Positions 30,128-40,174 are shown, counted from the stretch's first letter. The stretch: DNA of 64,000 nt from Alphaproteobacteria bacterium (GCA_963422645.2 CAXXVO010000008.1:96001-160000), one strand, 5' to 3'. A program made the numbers and translations. The notes: generated by a model not told the origin, from the sequence alone.

Positions 30128-30174
30128 AGGTTCTCTCGCCTATGGGTTGCACTCTCGCATGAGAGGAGCAGCCG

Positions 30175-30843
30175 GTGGGGTATTTCGGGTCGAAGGCGAC
30201 GACCGGTCTGAGCCAGGCGCTGATTGCGCTGATGCCGCGGCACTCTGTCTATATCGAGAGCCATCTTGGGGGCGGGGCGCTGATGAAGCGCAAGCCTGCG
30301 GCCATGCGCTCGATCGGGATCGACCGCGACGAGCGGGCGCTTGAGGCCTTTGGCTGCGACTACCCGGTGGAGTTGGTGCCCGGCTGCGCCCATTCCTTCC
30401 TGGCCTCGTTCCCGTTTCTGGGCCCGGAGCTGGTCTACAGCGATCCGCCCTATCTGCACGCGACCCGGCGTTCGTCGCAGCGCTACCGCTTCGAGTACGA
30501 GGAGGCCGACCACGTCGCGCTCCTCGAACTGCTCAAGGGTCTGCCCTGCCAGGTGATGGTCTCGGGCCACCCGTCTGCGCTCTATGACGAGCTGCTGGCG
30601 GGCTGGCGCCGGCTGGCGCTGCAGGTGACGACCCAGGCCCAGGTGCGGACCGAGGTCGTGTGGTTCAACTTCGTGCCTGACCGGGTGCACTGGGCGAGCT
30701 TCGCCGGCCGGAACTTCACCGAGCGCCAGTGCATCAAGCGCAAGGCGGCCAACTGGGGCCGGCGCTACGAGGCCATGCCGGCGGGCGAACGCCTGGCGGT
30801 GCTGGCCGCGATCATGGCCGTCGAGGCCGACGAGGGTTCGTGA
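30175..30843 (+). CDS. DNA N6-adenine methyltransferase (D12/Dam-like class), compact form
   Basis: YFGSK (motif X), YIESHLGGG (motif I), IGID, VYSDPPY (motif IV), YRFEY...DH, MVSG, RTEVVW.N; GAGGAG RBS before GTG. Confidence 0.88.
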   Translation: MGYFGSKATTGLSQALIALMPRHSVYIESHLGGGALMKRKPAAMRSIGIDRDERALEAFGCDYPVELVPGCAHSFLASFPFLGPELVYSDPPYLHATRRSSQRYRFEYEEADHVALLELLKGLPCQVMVSGHPSALYDELLAGWRRLALQVTTQAQVRTEVVWFNFVPDRVHWASFAGRNFTERQCIKRKAANWGRRYEAMPAGERLAVLAAIMAVEADEGS

Positions 30844-32381
30844 CAGTGTCGCGCTGGCACGAGGACCTCGCTGCCCACGACGAGGCCTTCGCGTGCCTGC
30901 AGGACCTTTTCACCCCACAATCCTTCGCAATGACCGCCGTCAAAGCCATTCGGGAATGGGGCCAGGGGTTGCTGCGCCTGAGCGCGGCCCTGGTCAAGGA
31001 GAACGACGCGCTGGAGCGGGAGAACGCCCGCTTGCGCGAGCGGATCGCCGAACTCGAGCGCAGCGCCGCGCTCGACAGCACCACCAGCTCCAAGCCGCCG
31101 GCCAGCGACGGTCTGAAGAAGAAGAGCGGTGACCGGGAGAAGCGCACCCGGAGCCAGCGCGGCAAGTCCGACAGGCCCAGTGGCGGCCAGCCGGGCCACA
31201 AGGGAACTACCCTGGAGCGGACCGCGACGCCCGACCATGTCGTCGATCATGATCCGTCCGCCTGTGAGGGCTGCGGCGCGCCGCTGTCGGACGCTGACCG
31301 TCACGGAGCCCCCGTCTGCCGGCAGGTCTTCGATGTGCCCGAGCCGCAGCCCCTCGAGGTCACCGAACATCGCGGCCATCGTTGCCTCTGCGCTGCCTGC
31401 GGCACCGTGACGACAGCCGTCTTCCCGAACGGCGTGAGCGCACCGGTCCAATACGGGCCGCGCATCACCGCGTGGGTGACCTACCTGCTGCACGCTCAGT
31501 TCATTCCCGAGAAGCGGGTCGCCGAGGTCATGAGCGACCTCTTCGCGGTCAAGCTCTCAACAGCCACCATCGTCGCCATGGGAAGGCGCACCGCCCGGCG
31601 CTTCGAGGGCTTCCTCGATCGCCTCGCGGAGATCATCCGCACCGCAGCCCCAGTCAAACACCTCGACGAGACCGGCATCCGCATCGCCGCCCGGACCCAT
31701 TGGCTCCATGTGCTGTGCACCCCGTTGCTCACCATCCTGCGCGTCGCCACCGGGCGCAGCCACATCGACGAGAAGCTCAACGGCATCGTCATCCATGACG
31801 ACTACGCCACCTACTTCGCTCTCGAGGGCGTGCGCCACGGGGCCTGCAACGCCCATCACCTGCGCGAGCTCCAAGCCCTCATCGAGATCGAGAAGGAAGA
31901 CTGGGCAACGAGCACGCACCGGCTCCTCATCCGTGCCAACAGAGCCGCCCGCTTCGCCCACAAGAACGACCGCGACGTGCCCGCCTCACTGGTGGCCCGC
32001 ATCTCGCGAGCCTGGGACCGCATCCTCGAACGTGCCATCGCCTCTCACGAAGAAATGCCACCGCTCCAGACCGGAAAGCGCGGACGACAAAAGCGCCGCA
32101 TCGGTCACAACCTCGCCCTCCGACTCCAGAAGTACAAGGAGGGGTGCCTGCGCTTCCTCACCGATCCGCGAACCCCCTTCTCCAACAACGAGGCCGAGCG
32201 CGACCTCCGAATGGGCAAGCTGCGCCAGAAAATCTCAGGCGGCTTCCGCTCGATACAAGGCGCCCGCGACTTCGCAAACCTGCGATCCGTCATCGCCACC
32301 GCTCGAAAACAGCGCTGGAATGTCCTCGAAACCCTGGCGCACCCCGATCCAATCCAGCTGATCCCCGTATTGCGCTTCTGA
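30840..32381 (+). CDS. IS66-family transposase (element B), intact
   Basis: SSKPPASDG, GGQPGHKG, CEGC...CAAC, VQYGP, HLDETG, IHDD, CNAHHLREL, SNNEAERDLR. GTG start overlapping the MTase TGA is inferred. Confidence 0.92.
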   Translation: MTVSRWHEDLAAHDEAFACLQDLFTPQSFAMTAVKAIREWGQGLLRLSAALVKENDALERENARLRERIAELERSAALDSTTSSKPPASDGLKKKSGDREKRTRSQRGKSDRPSGGQPGHKGTTLERTATPDHVVDHDPSACEGCGAPLSDADRHGAPVCRQVFDVPEPQPLEVTEHRGHRCLCAACGTVTTAVFPNGVSAPVQYGPRITAWVTYLLHAQFIPEKRVAEVMSDLFAVKLSTATIVAMGRRTARRFEGFLDRLAEIIRTAAPVKHLDETGIRIAARTHWLHVLCTPLLTILRVATGRSHIDEKLNGIVIHDDYATYFALEGVRHGACNAHHLRELQALIEIEKEDWATSTHRLLIRANRAARFAHKNDRDVPASLVARISRAWDRILERAIASHEEMPPLQTGKRGRQKRRIGHNLALRLQKYKEGCLRFLTDPRTPFSNNEAERDLRMGKLRQKISGGFRSIQGARDFANLRSVIATARKQRWNVLETLAHPDPIQLIPVLRF

Positions 32382-32586
32382 AATCCTGCGCTGCTCCGGG
32401 AAAGCGCCGCCTGACCCCTGGCTGGTCAGAACCATCAATCCATCACGTCCGAGTGCTCGGCAGAATCAGACCTGGGCAGTTACAATATGTATGCGTTGGC
32501 AGCTAAATGCCTGCCTTGCGCGTGCGCCGGCCGGCTCGGCGCGCGTGCGGTCGGCTGTGCGGCGACGCGATGTGCTATCGTGAGTC

Positions 32587-33777
32587 ATGACTCGTTCCGG
32601 CGCCCGCGACGTGGCGCTCCTCGCCACCTGCCAGGCGCTCTTCCTCACCTCGATGTCCGCGGTAATCGCCGCGGCCGCCCTGATCGGGCACGGGCTCGCC
32701 GAGACGAAGGTGCTGGCGACGCTCCCCATCGGCATCCAATTCGTGATGACGATGGTGACGACCGTGCCGGCGTCGCTCCTCATGAAGCGCATCGGGCGGC
32801 GCGACGGCTTTACCGTGGGCTCCACCATCGGGCTTGCCGGCGCGCTCTTCGGCTTCTGGGCGATCATGGATGGCAGCTTCACGCTCTTCTGCGTCTCGCT
32901 CGGGCTGATCGGCGGGGCCAACGGCTTCGCCCAGTACTACCGCTTTGCCGCGGCAGACGCGGCGAGCGAAGCCTTCAAGAGCCGGGCGATTTCTCTGGTG
33001 CTGGCAGGCGGCGTGATCGCCTCGGTGGGGCCCCTGCTCGCCGACTGGTCCAAGGACCTCTTCGCGCCGATCGCCTTCGCAGGCGTGTTCGCCGCCGTGG
33101 CCGCGCTCTACGTCGCCACGCTCGTGGTCCTGCGCTTCATCACAATTCCGCCGCCCGACGAAGAGGAGCGCAGCGGCGCGGGCCGCCCCCTGCTCACGAT
33201 CATGCGCCAGCCGACATTCATCATCGCGGTGCTTGGCTCGCTGGTCGGCTACGCAATGATGTCGCTGCTGATGACGGCGACGCCGCTCGCCATGATGTTC
33301 TGCGGCTTCGGATTTTCCGATTCCGCGCAGACGATTCAGTGGCACGTGCTCGGCATGTTCGCGCCCGCCTTCGTCACCGGCTATCTGATCAAGCGCTTCG
33401 GCACGAAGACGATCATGGCTTGCGGTGCACTGCTGATTGGACTCTGCGCCGCCGTCAACATCCACGGCATCGAGCTGCTCAACTTCCAGCTCGCCCTGGT
33501 CCTGCTGGGGGTCGGCTGGAACTTCCTCTTCACCGGCGGCACGACGCTGGTGACCGAGATTCACAGCCCGGCGGAAAAGGCAAAGACCCAGGCCGCCCAC
33601 GACTTCACGGTGTTCACCGGCGTGGCGGCGGCGGCGCTGCTCTCAGGCGCGCTGCACGAGGCCGTGGGCTGGCAGACCATGAACTACGCGGTGCTGCCCT
33701 TCCTCGCCGCAGTGGTGATCGGGCTCGCTTGGCTCGGCCTCAGCGGTCGCGCCGCTGCCGCCACTCCGGCCGAGTAG
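32587..33777 (+). CDS. MFS transporter
   Basis: About 12 hydrophobic segments; MKRIGRR, YRFAAAD, IQWHVLGMFAP. Confidence 0.92.
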   Translation: MTRSGARDVALLATCQALFLTSMSAVIAAAALIGHGLAETKVLATLPIGIQFVMTMVTTVPASLLMKRIGRRDGFTVGSTIGLAGALFGFWAIMDGSFTLFCVSLGLIGGANGFAQYYRFAAADAASEAFKSRAISLVLAGGVIASVGPLLADWSKDLFAPIAFAGVFAAVAALYVATLVVLRFITIPPPDEEERSGAGRPLLTIMRQPTFIIAVLGSLVGYAMMSLLMTATPLAMMFCGFGFSDSAQTIQWHVLGMFAPAFVTGYLIKRFGTKTIMACGALLIGLCAAVNIHGIELLNFQLALVLLGVGWNFLFTGGTTLVTEIHSPAEKAKTQAAHDFTVFTGVAAAALLSGALHEAVGWQTMNYAVLPFLAAVVIGLAWLGLSGRAAAATPAE

Positions 33778-33807
33778 GCGCCCCGAACATCGGGCGGCGG
33801 CGAACGC

Positions 33808-34056
33808 CTACCCGCCGCCGCCAATCCGGGGTAGGAAGCAGACCTCGCTCTCGGGCGCGACCGGGGCAAACAGGTCGTCCTGGTGGATATGGCCATCCAG
33901 GGCGACGGCCATGCCCTCCTCCAGCTCGCGTCCGATGCCCGCAAAGCGGGCCTCGAGCGCGCGGATGACGCCGCGAACGTCAGCCGCCTCGACCTCGAGC
34001 TCGGTCACCCCGCCGGTGTAGCGGGCAAGGCTCGTGGGCAGGACAACCCGCGCCAA
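33808..34056 (-). CDS. MoaD/ThiS-family ubiquitin-like protein
   Basis: 82 aa, V.LP..L...TGG, C-terminal PRIGGGG; 4 bp downstream of the molybdoenzyme gene. Confidence 0.85.
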   Translation of the reverse strand: MARVVLPTSLARYTGGVTELEVEAADVRGVIRALEARFAGIGRELEEGMAVALDGHIHQDDLFAPVAPESEVCFLPRIGGGG

Positions 34057-34060
34057 GGGC

Positions 34061-36364
34061 TCAGGCGCCGCCCTTGGCCCCGCCGTTGTCGAGCGCTTCG
34101 AGCAGGCGCGGCGGCGACATCGGCAGATCGGTCATGCGCACACCCGTGGCGTTCTCGATCGCGTTGGCGACCGCCGCCATCGGCGGCACGATCGGGGTCT
34201 CGCCGACGCCGCGCACACCGTAGGGGTGGTTCGGGTTCGGCACCTCGACGATGATCGCGTCGATCATCGGCAGGTCTGAAGCCACCGGCATGCGGTAGTC
34301 GAGAAAGCCCGCATTCTCCAGCCGGCCCTTCTCGTCGTAAATGTACTCCTCGTTGAGCGCCCAGCCGATACCCTGCGCGGCGCCGCCCTGCATCTGCCCC
34401 TCCACGTAGCTCGGATGGACCGCCTTGCCGGCGTCCTGCACCGCGGTGTAGCGCAGGACGGTGACGCGCCCGGTCTCGCGGTCGACCTCGACATCGCACA
34501 CATGGGTGCCGAAGCCGGGGCCGGCGCCTTGCGCGTTGATCGACGCGGTCGCCGCGATCGGACCGCCGGTCTTGCCGGCCTGGGTCGCGATCTCGGCGAG
34601 GCTCAGCGGCTCGAAGTCGCCGGCGTTGCTGCCCGATGGCTTGGCGTAGCCGTCTTCCCATTCCACCGCGTCGACCGGGATGTCCCAGGTCTTGGCGGCG
34701 CGCTCGCGCAGCTGCTGGACAACCTTCCCCGCCGCCTCGATCGCCGCCATGCCGGTGGCGAAGGTGACCCGGCTGCCTCCGGTGAGGAAGGTGTAGCCGA
34801 TGGAGTCGGTGTCGGCGACCAGCGGGCGCACCCTCTCCGGCGGAATGCCGAGGGCTTCCGCCGCCTGGAGCTGGATCGAGGCGCGCGAGCCGCCGATGTC
34901 GGGGTTGCCCTCGATCACGGTCGCCGTGCCGTCCTCGTTGACGTTGATGGTGGCGCAGGACTCGCCGCCGATGTTAAACCAGAAGCCGGTGGCGATTCCG
35001 CGCCCCTGGTTGGGGCCGAGCGGAGTCTTGTAGTGGTCGCTGCTGCGGGCCGCCTCCAGCGTCTCAATGCAACCGACGGGCCCAAACTGGGGTCCGTAGA
35101 GCGCGCGGGTGCCCTCCTTTGCCGCGTTCATCAGGCGAAACTCGGCGGGGTCGATGCCGAGCTTCTTCGCGATCTCGTCGACCACGCCCTCCGACGCGAA
35201 CTCGGAGATCGGCGCCCCCGGCGCGCGGTAGGCGGCCACCTTGGGCCGGTTCACCACCACGTCGTAGCCCTCGACCTCGGCGTTCTCGATGTCGTAGGGA
35301 GCGAAGACGCACATGCAGCCCGGCCCGATCGGCGAGCCGGAGAAGGCGCCGGCCTGATAGGCGATCCACGCCTTGGCCGCAGTAAGCTTGCCGTCCTTGG
35401 TGGCGCCCATCTTGATCGTCATGGCGCCGCCCGAGGTCGGGCCGCTGGCACGGAAGACCTCCTCCCGCGACATCACCATTTTCACCGGCCGGCCGGCGAT
35501 CTGCGAGAGCCTGAGCGCGATCGGCTCCAGATAGACCACGGTCTTGCCGCCGAAGCCGCCGCCGATCTCCGACGGGGTCACGCAGATCTTGCCGATGTCG
35601 ATGCCGAGCAGGTTGGCGCAGTAGGCGCGGACGGTGAACTGCCCCTGGGTGCAGCACCAGACCTCGCACTGCCCGTCCTCGCCGGCGCTGGCGACCACCG
35701 CGTGGGGCTCGATATAGCCCTGATGCACCGCCTTGGTGGTGAAGGTGCGCTCGACAATCACGTCGGCCTCGGCGAATCCCTTGTCGAGATCGCCCATCGA
35801 GAAGGTCACCTTCTTGAAGATGTTGGAAGGCGTCTCCGGCGTGGGCTCCACGCCTTCGGTGAACATGTCGTCGTGCAGCACCGGCGCGTCCGGCTTCATC
35901 GCCTCGCGCACGTCGATCACGTGCGGCAGGACTTCGTAGTCGACCTCGATCAGGTCGAGCGCCTGCTTGGCGATGGCCGCCGTGGTTGCCGCCACTGCAG
36001 CCACGGCGTGGCCGTCATAGAGCGCCTTCTCCCGCGCCATCACGTTCTGCGACATGTCGCGGTAGTTGACCGCCACCTCGCCCGCCGGCACCCACTGGTC
36101 GGGAATGTCCGGCATCTCATCGCGGGTGACGATCGCCTTCACGCCCGGCAGTGCGCGGGCCTTGGAGGTATCGATGGAGAGGATGCGCGCGTGCGCGTGG
36201 GGGCTCCGCAGCACCCGGCCCACGATCATGCCCGGCAACGAGATGTCGGCGCCGAACTTGGCCCGCCCCGTTACCTTGTCGACGCCGTCGGGGCGCCACG
36301 GCCGCGTGCCGACATACTTGAGCGAGCCGTTGCCGTTACCGATTTCCTGCTTGGCGGTTGCCAT
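34061..36364 (-). CDS. Xanthine-dehydrogenase-family molybdopterin-binding subunit
   Basis: KVTGRAKF, LRSPHAHA, HQGYIEP, GGGFGGK, AYRAPG, GGSR, VEGQMQGG, RGVGE. Confidence 0.93.
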   Translation of the reverse strand: MATAKQEIGNGNGSLKYVGTRPWRPDGVDKVTGRAKFGADISLPGMIVGRVLRSPHAHARILSIDTSKARALPGVKAIVTRDEMPDIPDQWVPAGEVAVNYRDMSQNVMAREKALYDGHAVAAVAATTAAIAKQALDLIEVDYEVLPHVIDVREAMKPDAPVLHDDMFTEGVEPTPETPSNIFKKVTFSMGDLDKGFAEADVIVERTFTTKAVHQGYIEPHAVVASAGEDGQCEVWCCTQGQFTVRAYCANLLGIDIGKICVTPSEIGGGFGGKTVVYLEPIALRLSQIAGRPVKMVMSREEVFRASGPTSGGAMTIKMGATKDGKLTAAKAWIAYQAGAFSGSPIGPGCMCVFAPYDIENAEVEGYDVVVNRPKVAAYRAPGAPISEFASEGVVDEIAKKLGIDPAEFRLMNAAKEGTRALYGPQFGPVGCIETLEAARSSDHYKTPLGPNQGRGIATGFWFNIGGESCATINVNEDGTATVIEGNPDIGGSRASIQLQAAEALGIPPERVRPLVADTDSIGYTFLTGGSRVTFATGMAAIEAAGKVVQQLRERAAKTWDIPVDAVEWEDGYAKPSGSNAGDFEPLSLAEIATQAGKTGGPIAATASINAQGAGPGFGTHVCDVEVDRETGRVTVLRYTAVQDAGKAVHPSYVEGQMQGGAAQGIGWALNEEYIYDEKGRLENAGFLDYRMPVASDLPMIDAIIVEVPNPNHPYGVRGVGETPIVPPMAAVANAIENATGVRMTDLPMSPPRLLEALDNGGAKGGA

Positions 36365-36367
36365 CAG

Positions 36368-36844
36368 TTATTCCCCCCTTAGTTCCGCCGCCGTCGTCAT
36401 CACGGCGCGGATGATCTTGTCGTAGCCGGTGCAGCGGCAGAGATTGCCAGCCAGCCAGTAGCGCGCTTCCGTCTCGGTCGGGTTCGGGTTCTCTTCGAGC
36501 AGCGCCTTGGCGGCGACCAGGAAGCCCGGTGTGCAGATGCCGCATTGCAGCGCCGCATCCTCCAGGAACTGCCGCTGCAATGGGTGCAGCGTGTCGCCCT
36601 CGGCCATGCCTTCGATGGTGCCGATCTCGTGCCCCTCGGCCTCGGTGCCGAGCATCAGGCACGAGCAGACCAGGGTGCCATCCAGGGTCACGCTGCAGGC
36701 GCCGCAGTCGCCGGTGGCGCAGCCTTCCTTGGTGCCGGTGAGCTCCAGCTCGTCGCGGAGCACGTCGAGCAGCGTCTGCTCGCCCGAGCAGAGGAACTCC
36801 GTCGGCTCGCCGTTGATGCTGGTGGTGACATGATACTTGGCCAT
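36368..36844 (-). CDS. (2Fe-2S)-binding small subunit
   Basis: GTKEGC..GDCGAC, QCGICTPG, GNLCRCTGY. Confidence 0.95.
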   Translation of the reverse strand: MAKYHVTTSINGEPTEFLCSGEQTLLDVLRDELELTGTKEGCATGDCGACSVTLDGTLVCSCLMLGTEAEGHEIGTIEGMAEGDTLHPLQRQFLEDAALQCGICTPGFLVAAKALLEENPNPTETEARYWLAGNLCRCTGYDKIIRAVMTTAAELRGE

Positions 36845-37716
36845 CAACCGTTGCTCCTCGCTCGCTCGAGTGCGATGAGCGCTGCCCGCCTGGCCAGCAC
36901 CCCCGCCACCTTGACCCGGTATTCAATGGTTCCGCGCTTGTCGTCGATAGGATTGCAGGCGGCGCTTGCGGCCGCTGCAAGCTTCGCCAGCGCGTCGTCG
37001 TCCACTCTTGTGCCGATCAGCGCCTTGGCGCCGTCCTCCACCAAGAGCGGCGTCGGCGCGACCGCGCCCAGGCTCAGCCTCGCGTGGGTGCAGACGCCCG
37101 CCTCGTCGAGCGTGAGCGCGACGCCGGCGCCTACCACGGCGATGTCCATCTCGGTACGCGGAATGAAGCGCAAGTAGGCATCGCCCGAGCGCGGCGGCGG
37201 CTTCGGCATGACCAAGGAGACCACGATCTCGCCGGAGCCGAGGGAGAGCTGGCCGGGCCCCGTTATCACGTCTTCCACCGGGATTGAGCGGGTGCCATCG
37301 GGGCCTGCGATCTCGCACACGGCACCGGCGGCGATCAACGCCGGTACGCTGTCGGCAGCGGGCGAGCCGTTGCAGAGGTTGCCGCCGAGCGAGGCGCGGC
37401 CCTGAATCTGGGTCGAGCCGATCAGCTCCAGCGCCTCGACCACGCCCGGCCAGGCTGCCTTTACGGCTTCGTTCTTGCCGAGGGTCGCGCCGGAAACCGC
37501 CGCGCCGACGCGGATCTCATCGCCGCTCACGCTCACGTCCATGAGCGCCGGAATCCGCTTCAGATCGACAACCAGATCGGGCCGCACGAAGTCCGTGCGC
37601 AACTGAACCAAGAGGTCAGTGCCGCCGGCGAGCGGCATGGCCTCGCCGTCGGCGCTGGCAAGAAGCCGGACGGCGTCCTCCACCGTCTCGGGCGCCTTGA
37701 ATTGTAGATTGGTCAT
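36844..37716 (-). CDS. FAD-binding medium subunit
   Basis: [32 protein letters not shown]. Confidence 0.93.
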   Translation of the reverse strand: MTNLQFKAPETVEDAVRLLASADGEAMPLAGGTDLLVQLRTDFVRPDLVVDLKRIPALMDVSVSGDEIRVGAAVSGATLGKNEAVKAAWPGVVEALELIGSTQIQGRASLGGNLCNGSPAADSVPALIAAGAVCEIAGPDGTRSIPVEDVITGPGQLSLGSGEIVVSLVMPKPPPRSGDAYLRFIPRTEMDIAVVGAGVALTLDEAGVCTHARLSLGAVAPTPLLVEDGAKALIGTRVDDDALAKLAAAASAACNPIDDKRGTIEYRVKVAGVLARRAALIALERARSNG

Positions 37717-37922
37717 GGGCGAGGGGTTCCTCCTGTTGCCGCGGCACCGGGTTGGCGCCCTCTTTTACCCGAAAAGGCGCTGCGGTTCACAGGGGCAAAA
37801 TGGCGGCAATGGCCGGAGCGCGCCCATGCCTGCGCCTTGCGGCCGGCGGCCCCCGCCGTCTACCCTTGCCCGAACGACGCAAGACCGAGGACGGGCACCT
37901 GGGAGAGTGGGAGCCCAGCCGC

Positions 37923-40067
37923 ATGACTGACTCCACCGAAAAGACCGTCGCCGACTGGGAAGCCTTGGCCGCGCGCGAGCTCAAGGGCAAAGACCCGGCA
38001 GAGCTCGCTTGGGAGACGCCCGAAGGTGTCACGGTCAAGCCGCTTTACACAGCGGCCGATCTGGAAGCGCTGCAGGACCAGCCGGGCCTGCCGGGATTCG
38101 CGCCTTACACGCGGGGCGTACGCGCCACCATGTTCGCCAACCGGCCGTGGACGATCCGCCAATACGCAGGCTTCGCCACCGCCGAGGAGTCCAACGCCTT
38201 CTACAAGCGTAACCTCGCCGGCGGGCAGAAGGGGCTCTCCGTCGCCTTCGATCTCGCGACCCACCGGGGCTACGACAGCGATCACCCGAGGGTTCGGGGC
38301 GACGTCGGCAAGGCAGGCGTCGCCATCGACACGGTCGAGGACATGAAGCGCCTCTTCGACGCTATTCCGCTCGGCGAGGTCAGCGTGTCGATGACCATGA
38401 ACGGTGCGGTGCTGCCGGTGCTGGCGGCCTACATCGTGGCGGCGGAGGAGCAGGGAGTCGGCGCGGAGAGGCTCGCGGGGACCATCCAGAACGACATCCT
38501 CAAGGAGTTCATGGTCCGCAACACCTACATTTACCCGCCCGAGCCCAGCATGCGGATCGTGGCCGACATCATCGCGTACACGGCCGGGCACATGCCGCGC
38601 TTCAACTCGATTTCGATCTCCGGCTACCACATGCAGGAGGCCGGCGCGACGCTGGTGCAGGAATTGGGTTTCACGCTGGCCGACGGCATTGACTACGTGC
38701 GCGCGGCGCTCTCCCGCGGCCTTGCCATCGACGATTTTGCGCCCCGGCTCTCGTTCTTCTTCTGCATCGGCATGAACTTCTTCATGGAGGTGGCGAAGCT
38801 GCGCGCAGCCCGGCTGCTCTGGGCCAGGTTCATGCAAGGCTTCGGAGCGCAGAACCCGCGCTCGCTCATGCTGAGGACCCACTGCCAGACCTCGGGCGTC
38901 TCGCTCGCCGAGCAGGACCCCTACAACAACGTGGTCAGGACCGCCTATGAGGCGCTGGCGGCGGTGCTCGGCGGCACCCAGTCGCTCCACACCAACGCGC
39001 TGGACGAGGCGGTGGCGCTGCCGACCGATTTTTCGGCCCGGATCGCGCGCAACACCCAGCTCATCCTGCAGCACGAGACCGGCGTGCCCCGCGTCGTGGA
39101 CCCGTTGGGAGGCTCCTACTACGTGGAGACGCTCACCGCATCGCTTGCGCGCGAGGCGCAGGCGCTGATCGACGAGGTCGAGGAGCTGGGCGGCATGACC
39201 AAGGCGGTCGCAGCGGGGATGCCCAAGCTCCGAATCGAGGAGGCCGCCGCCCGCCGCCAGGCGCGGCTGGATCGCGGCGAGGACGTGGTCGTCGGCGTCA
39301 ACCGGTACCAGTCGGAGGCTGACGACATGCCCGCCCTGCTCGACGTGGACAACTATGCCGTCCGCGAGGCGCAGATCGCTCACATCGCCGAGGTCCGCGC
39401 CGGGCGGGACGAGGCGGCCTGCCAGGCGGCGCTCGAAGGGCTCACCGAGGGCGCAAGGGGAGACAGCAACCTGCTGGCGCTCTCCATCGACGCCATTCGG
39501 GCGCGCGCCACGGTTGGCGAGATTTCGGACGCGATGGAGGCGGCCTTCACCCGTCATCGGGCGACCGTGCGCACGGTCTCGGGCGTCTACGGCGCGGCCT
39601 ACGCGCAGGACGACGCCTTCCAGACCATCCGGCGGGAGACCGCGCTCTTCGCCGAGGCCGAGGGCCGCCGGCCGCGCATTCTGGTGGTCAAGCTCGGGCA
39701 GGACGGGCACGACCGCGGCGCCAAGGTGATCGCGACCGCCTTCGCCGACATCGGCTTCGACGTCGATATCGGCCCCTTGTTCCAAACGCCCGAGGAGGCC
39801 GCGCAAGATGCGCTGGAGAACGACGTGCACGTAGTCGGCGTTTCCAGCCAGGCCGCAGGCCACAAGACCCTGGTGCCGGAGCTGATCGAGGCGCTGCGCG
39901 CTACCGGCGCAGGCCACGTGGTGGTGGTGTGCGGCGGGGTGATTCCGCCGCAGGACCACGAGTTCCTGCACGAGGCCGGCGTCGCCGCCGTCTACGGCCC
40001 CGGCACCAACATCCCGGCCGCTGCGGCCGACATCATGGCGCTGATCCGCCGGCCCGAGGCGGCCTGA
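37923..40067 (+). CDS. scpA: Methylmalonyl-CoA mutase
   Basis: [48 protein letters not shown]. Confidence 0.96.
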   Translation: MTDSTEKTVADWEALAARELKGKDPAELAWETPEGVTVKPLYTAADLEALQDQPGLPGFAPYTRGVRATMFANRPWTIRQYAGFATAEESNAFYKRNLAGGQKGLSVAFDLATHRGYDSDHPRVRGDVGKAGVAIDTVEDMKRLFDAIPLGEVSVSMTMNGAVLPVLAAYIVAAEEQGVGAERLAGTIQNDILKEFMVRNTYIYPPEPSMRIVADIIAYTAGHMPRFNSISISGYHMQEAGATLVQELGFTLADGIDYVRAALSRGLAIDDFAPRLSFFFCIGMNFFMEVAKLRAARLLWARFMQGFGAQNPRSLMLRTHCQTSGVSLAEQDPYNNVVRTAYEALAAVLGGTQSLHTNALDEAVALPTDFSARIARNTQLILQHETGVPRVVDPLGGSYYVETLTASLAREAQALIDEVEELGGMTKAVAAGMPKLRIEEAAARRQARLDRGEDVVVGVNRYQSEADDMPALLDVDNYAVREAQIAHIAEVRAGRDEAACQAALEGLTEGARGDSNLLALSIDAIRARATVGEISDAMEAAFTRHRATVRTVSGVYGAAYAQDDAFQTIRRETALFAEAEGRRPRILVVKLGQDGHDRGAKVIATAFADIGFDVDIGPLFQTPEEAAQDALENDVHVVGVSSQAAGHKTLVPELIEALRATGAGHVVVVCGGVIPPQDHEFLHEAGVAAVYGPGTNIPAAAADIMALIRRPEAA

Positions 40068-40174
40068 CCGGCGCCGGCATTTGATCCGCCCCCGCTTCGT
40101 GCTTATGTGAGATGCGCACCTAACGCGCCCTGAGCCCCGCCGGCCGCGGGGCGAGTCATCGGATTCACGGCCCC

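Larger units (their letters stand above)
29873..32483 (+). mobile_element. IS66-family element type B carrying a DNA methyltransferase passenger gene
   Basis: IRs GTAACTACCCAGGT (29873) / ACCTGGGCAGTTAC (32483); perfect 8-bp TSD AATATGTA at 29865-29872 and 32484-32491; both ORFs lie between the IRs. Confidence 0.95.

Noticed and set aside
30729-30839. Upstream extension of the element B transposase as given by the ORF track
   Set aside because: It overlaps the MTase C-terminus in another frame and is low-complexity; the GTGA-coupled start at 30840 is more plausible.
30175-30843. Restriction-modification system
   Set aside because: No endonuclease, specificity or controller gene lies inside or beside the element.
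34061-37716. Aerobic CO dehydrogenase (coxMSL)
   Set aside because: The active-site loop is AYRAPG, not AYxCSFR or AYxGAGR, and no cox accessory genes are adjacent.
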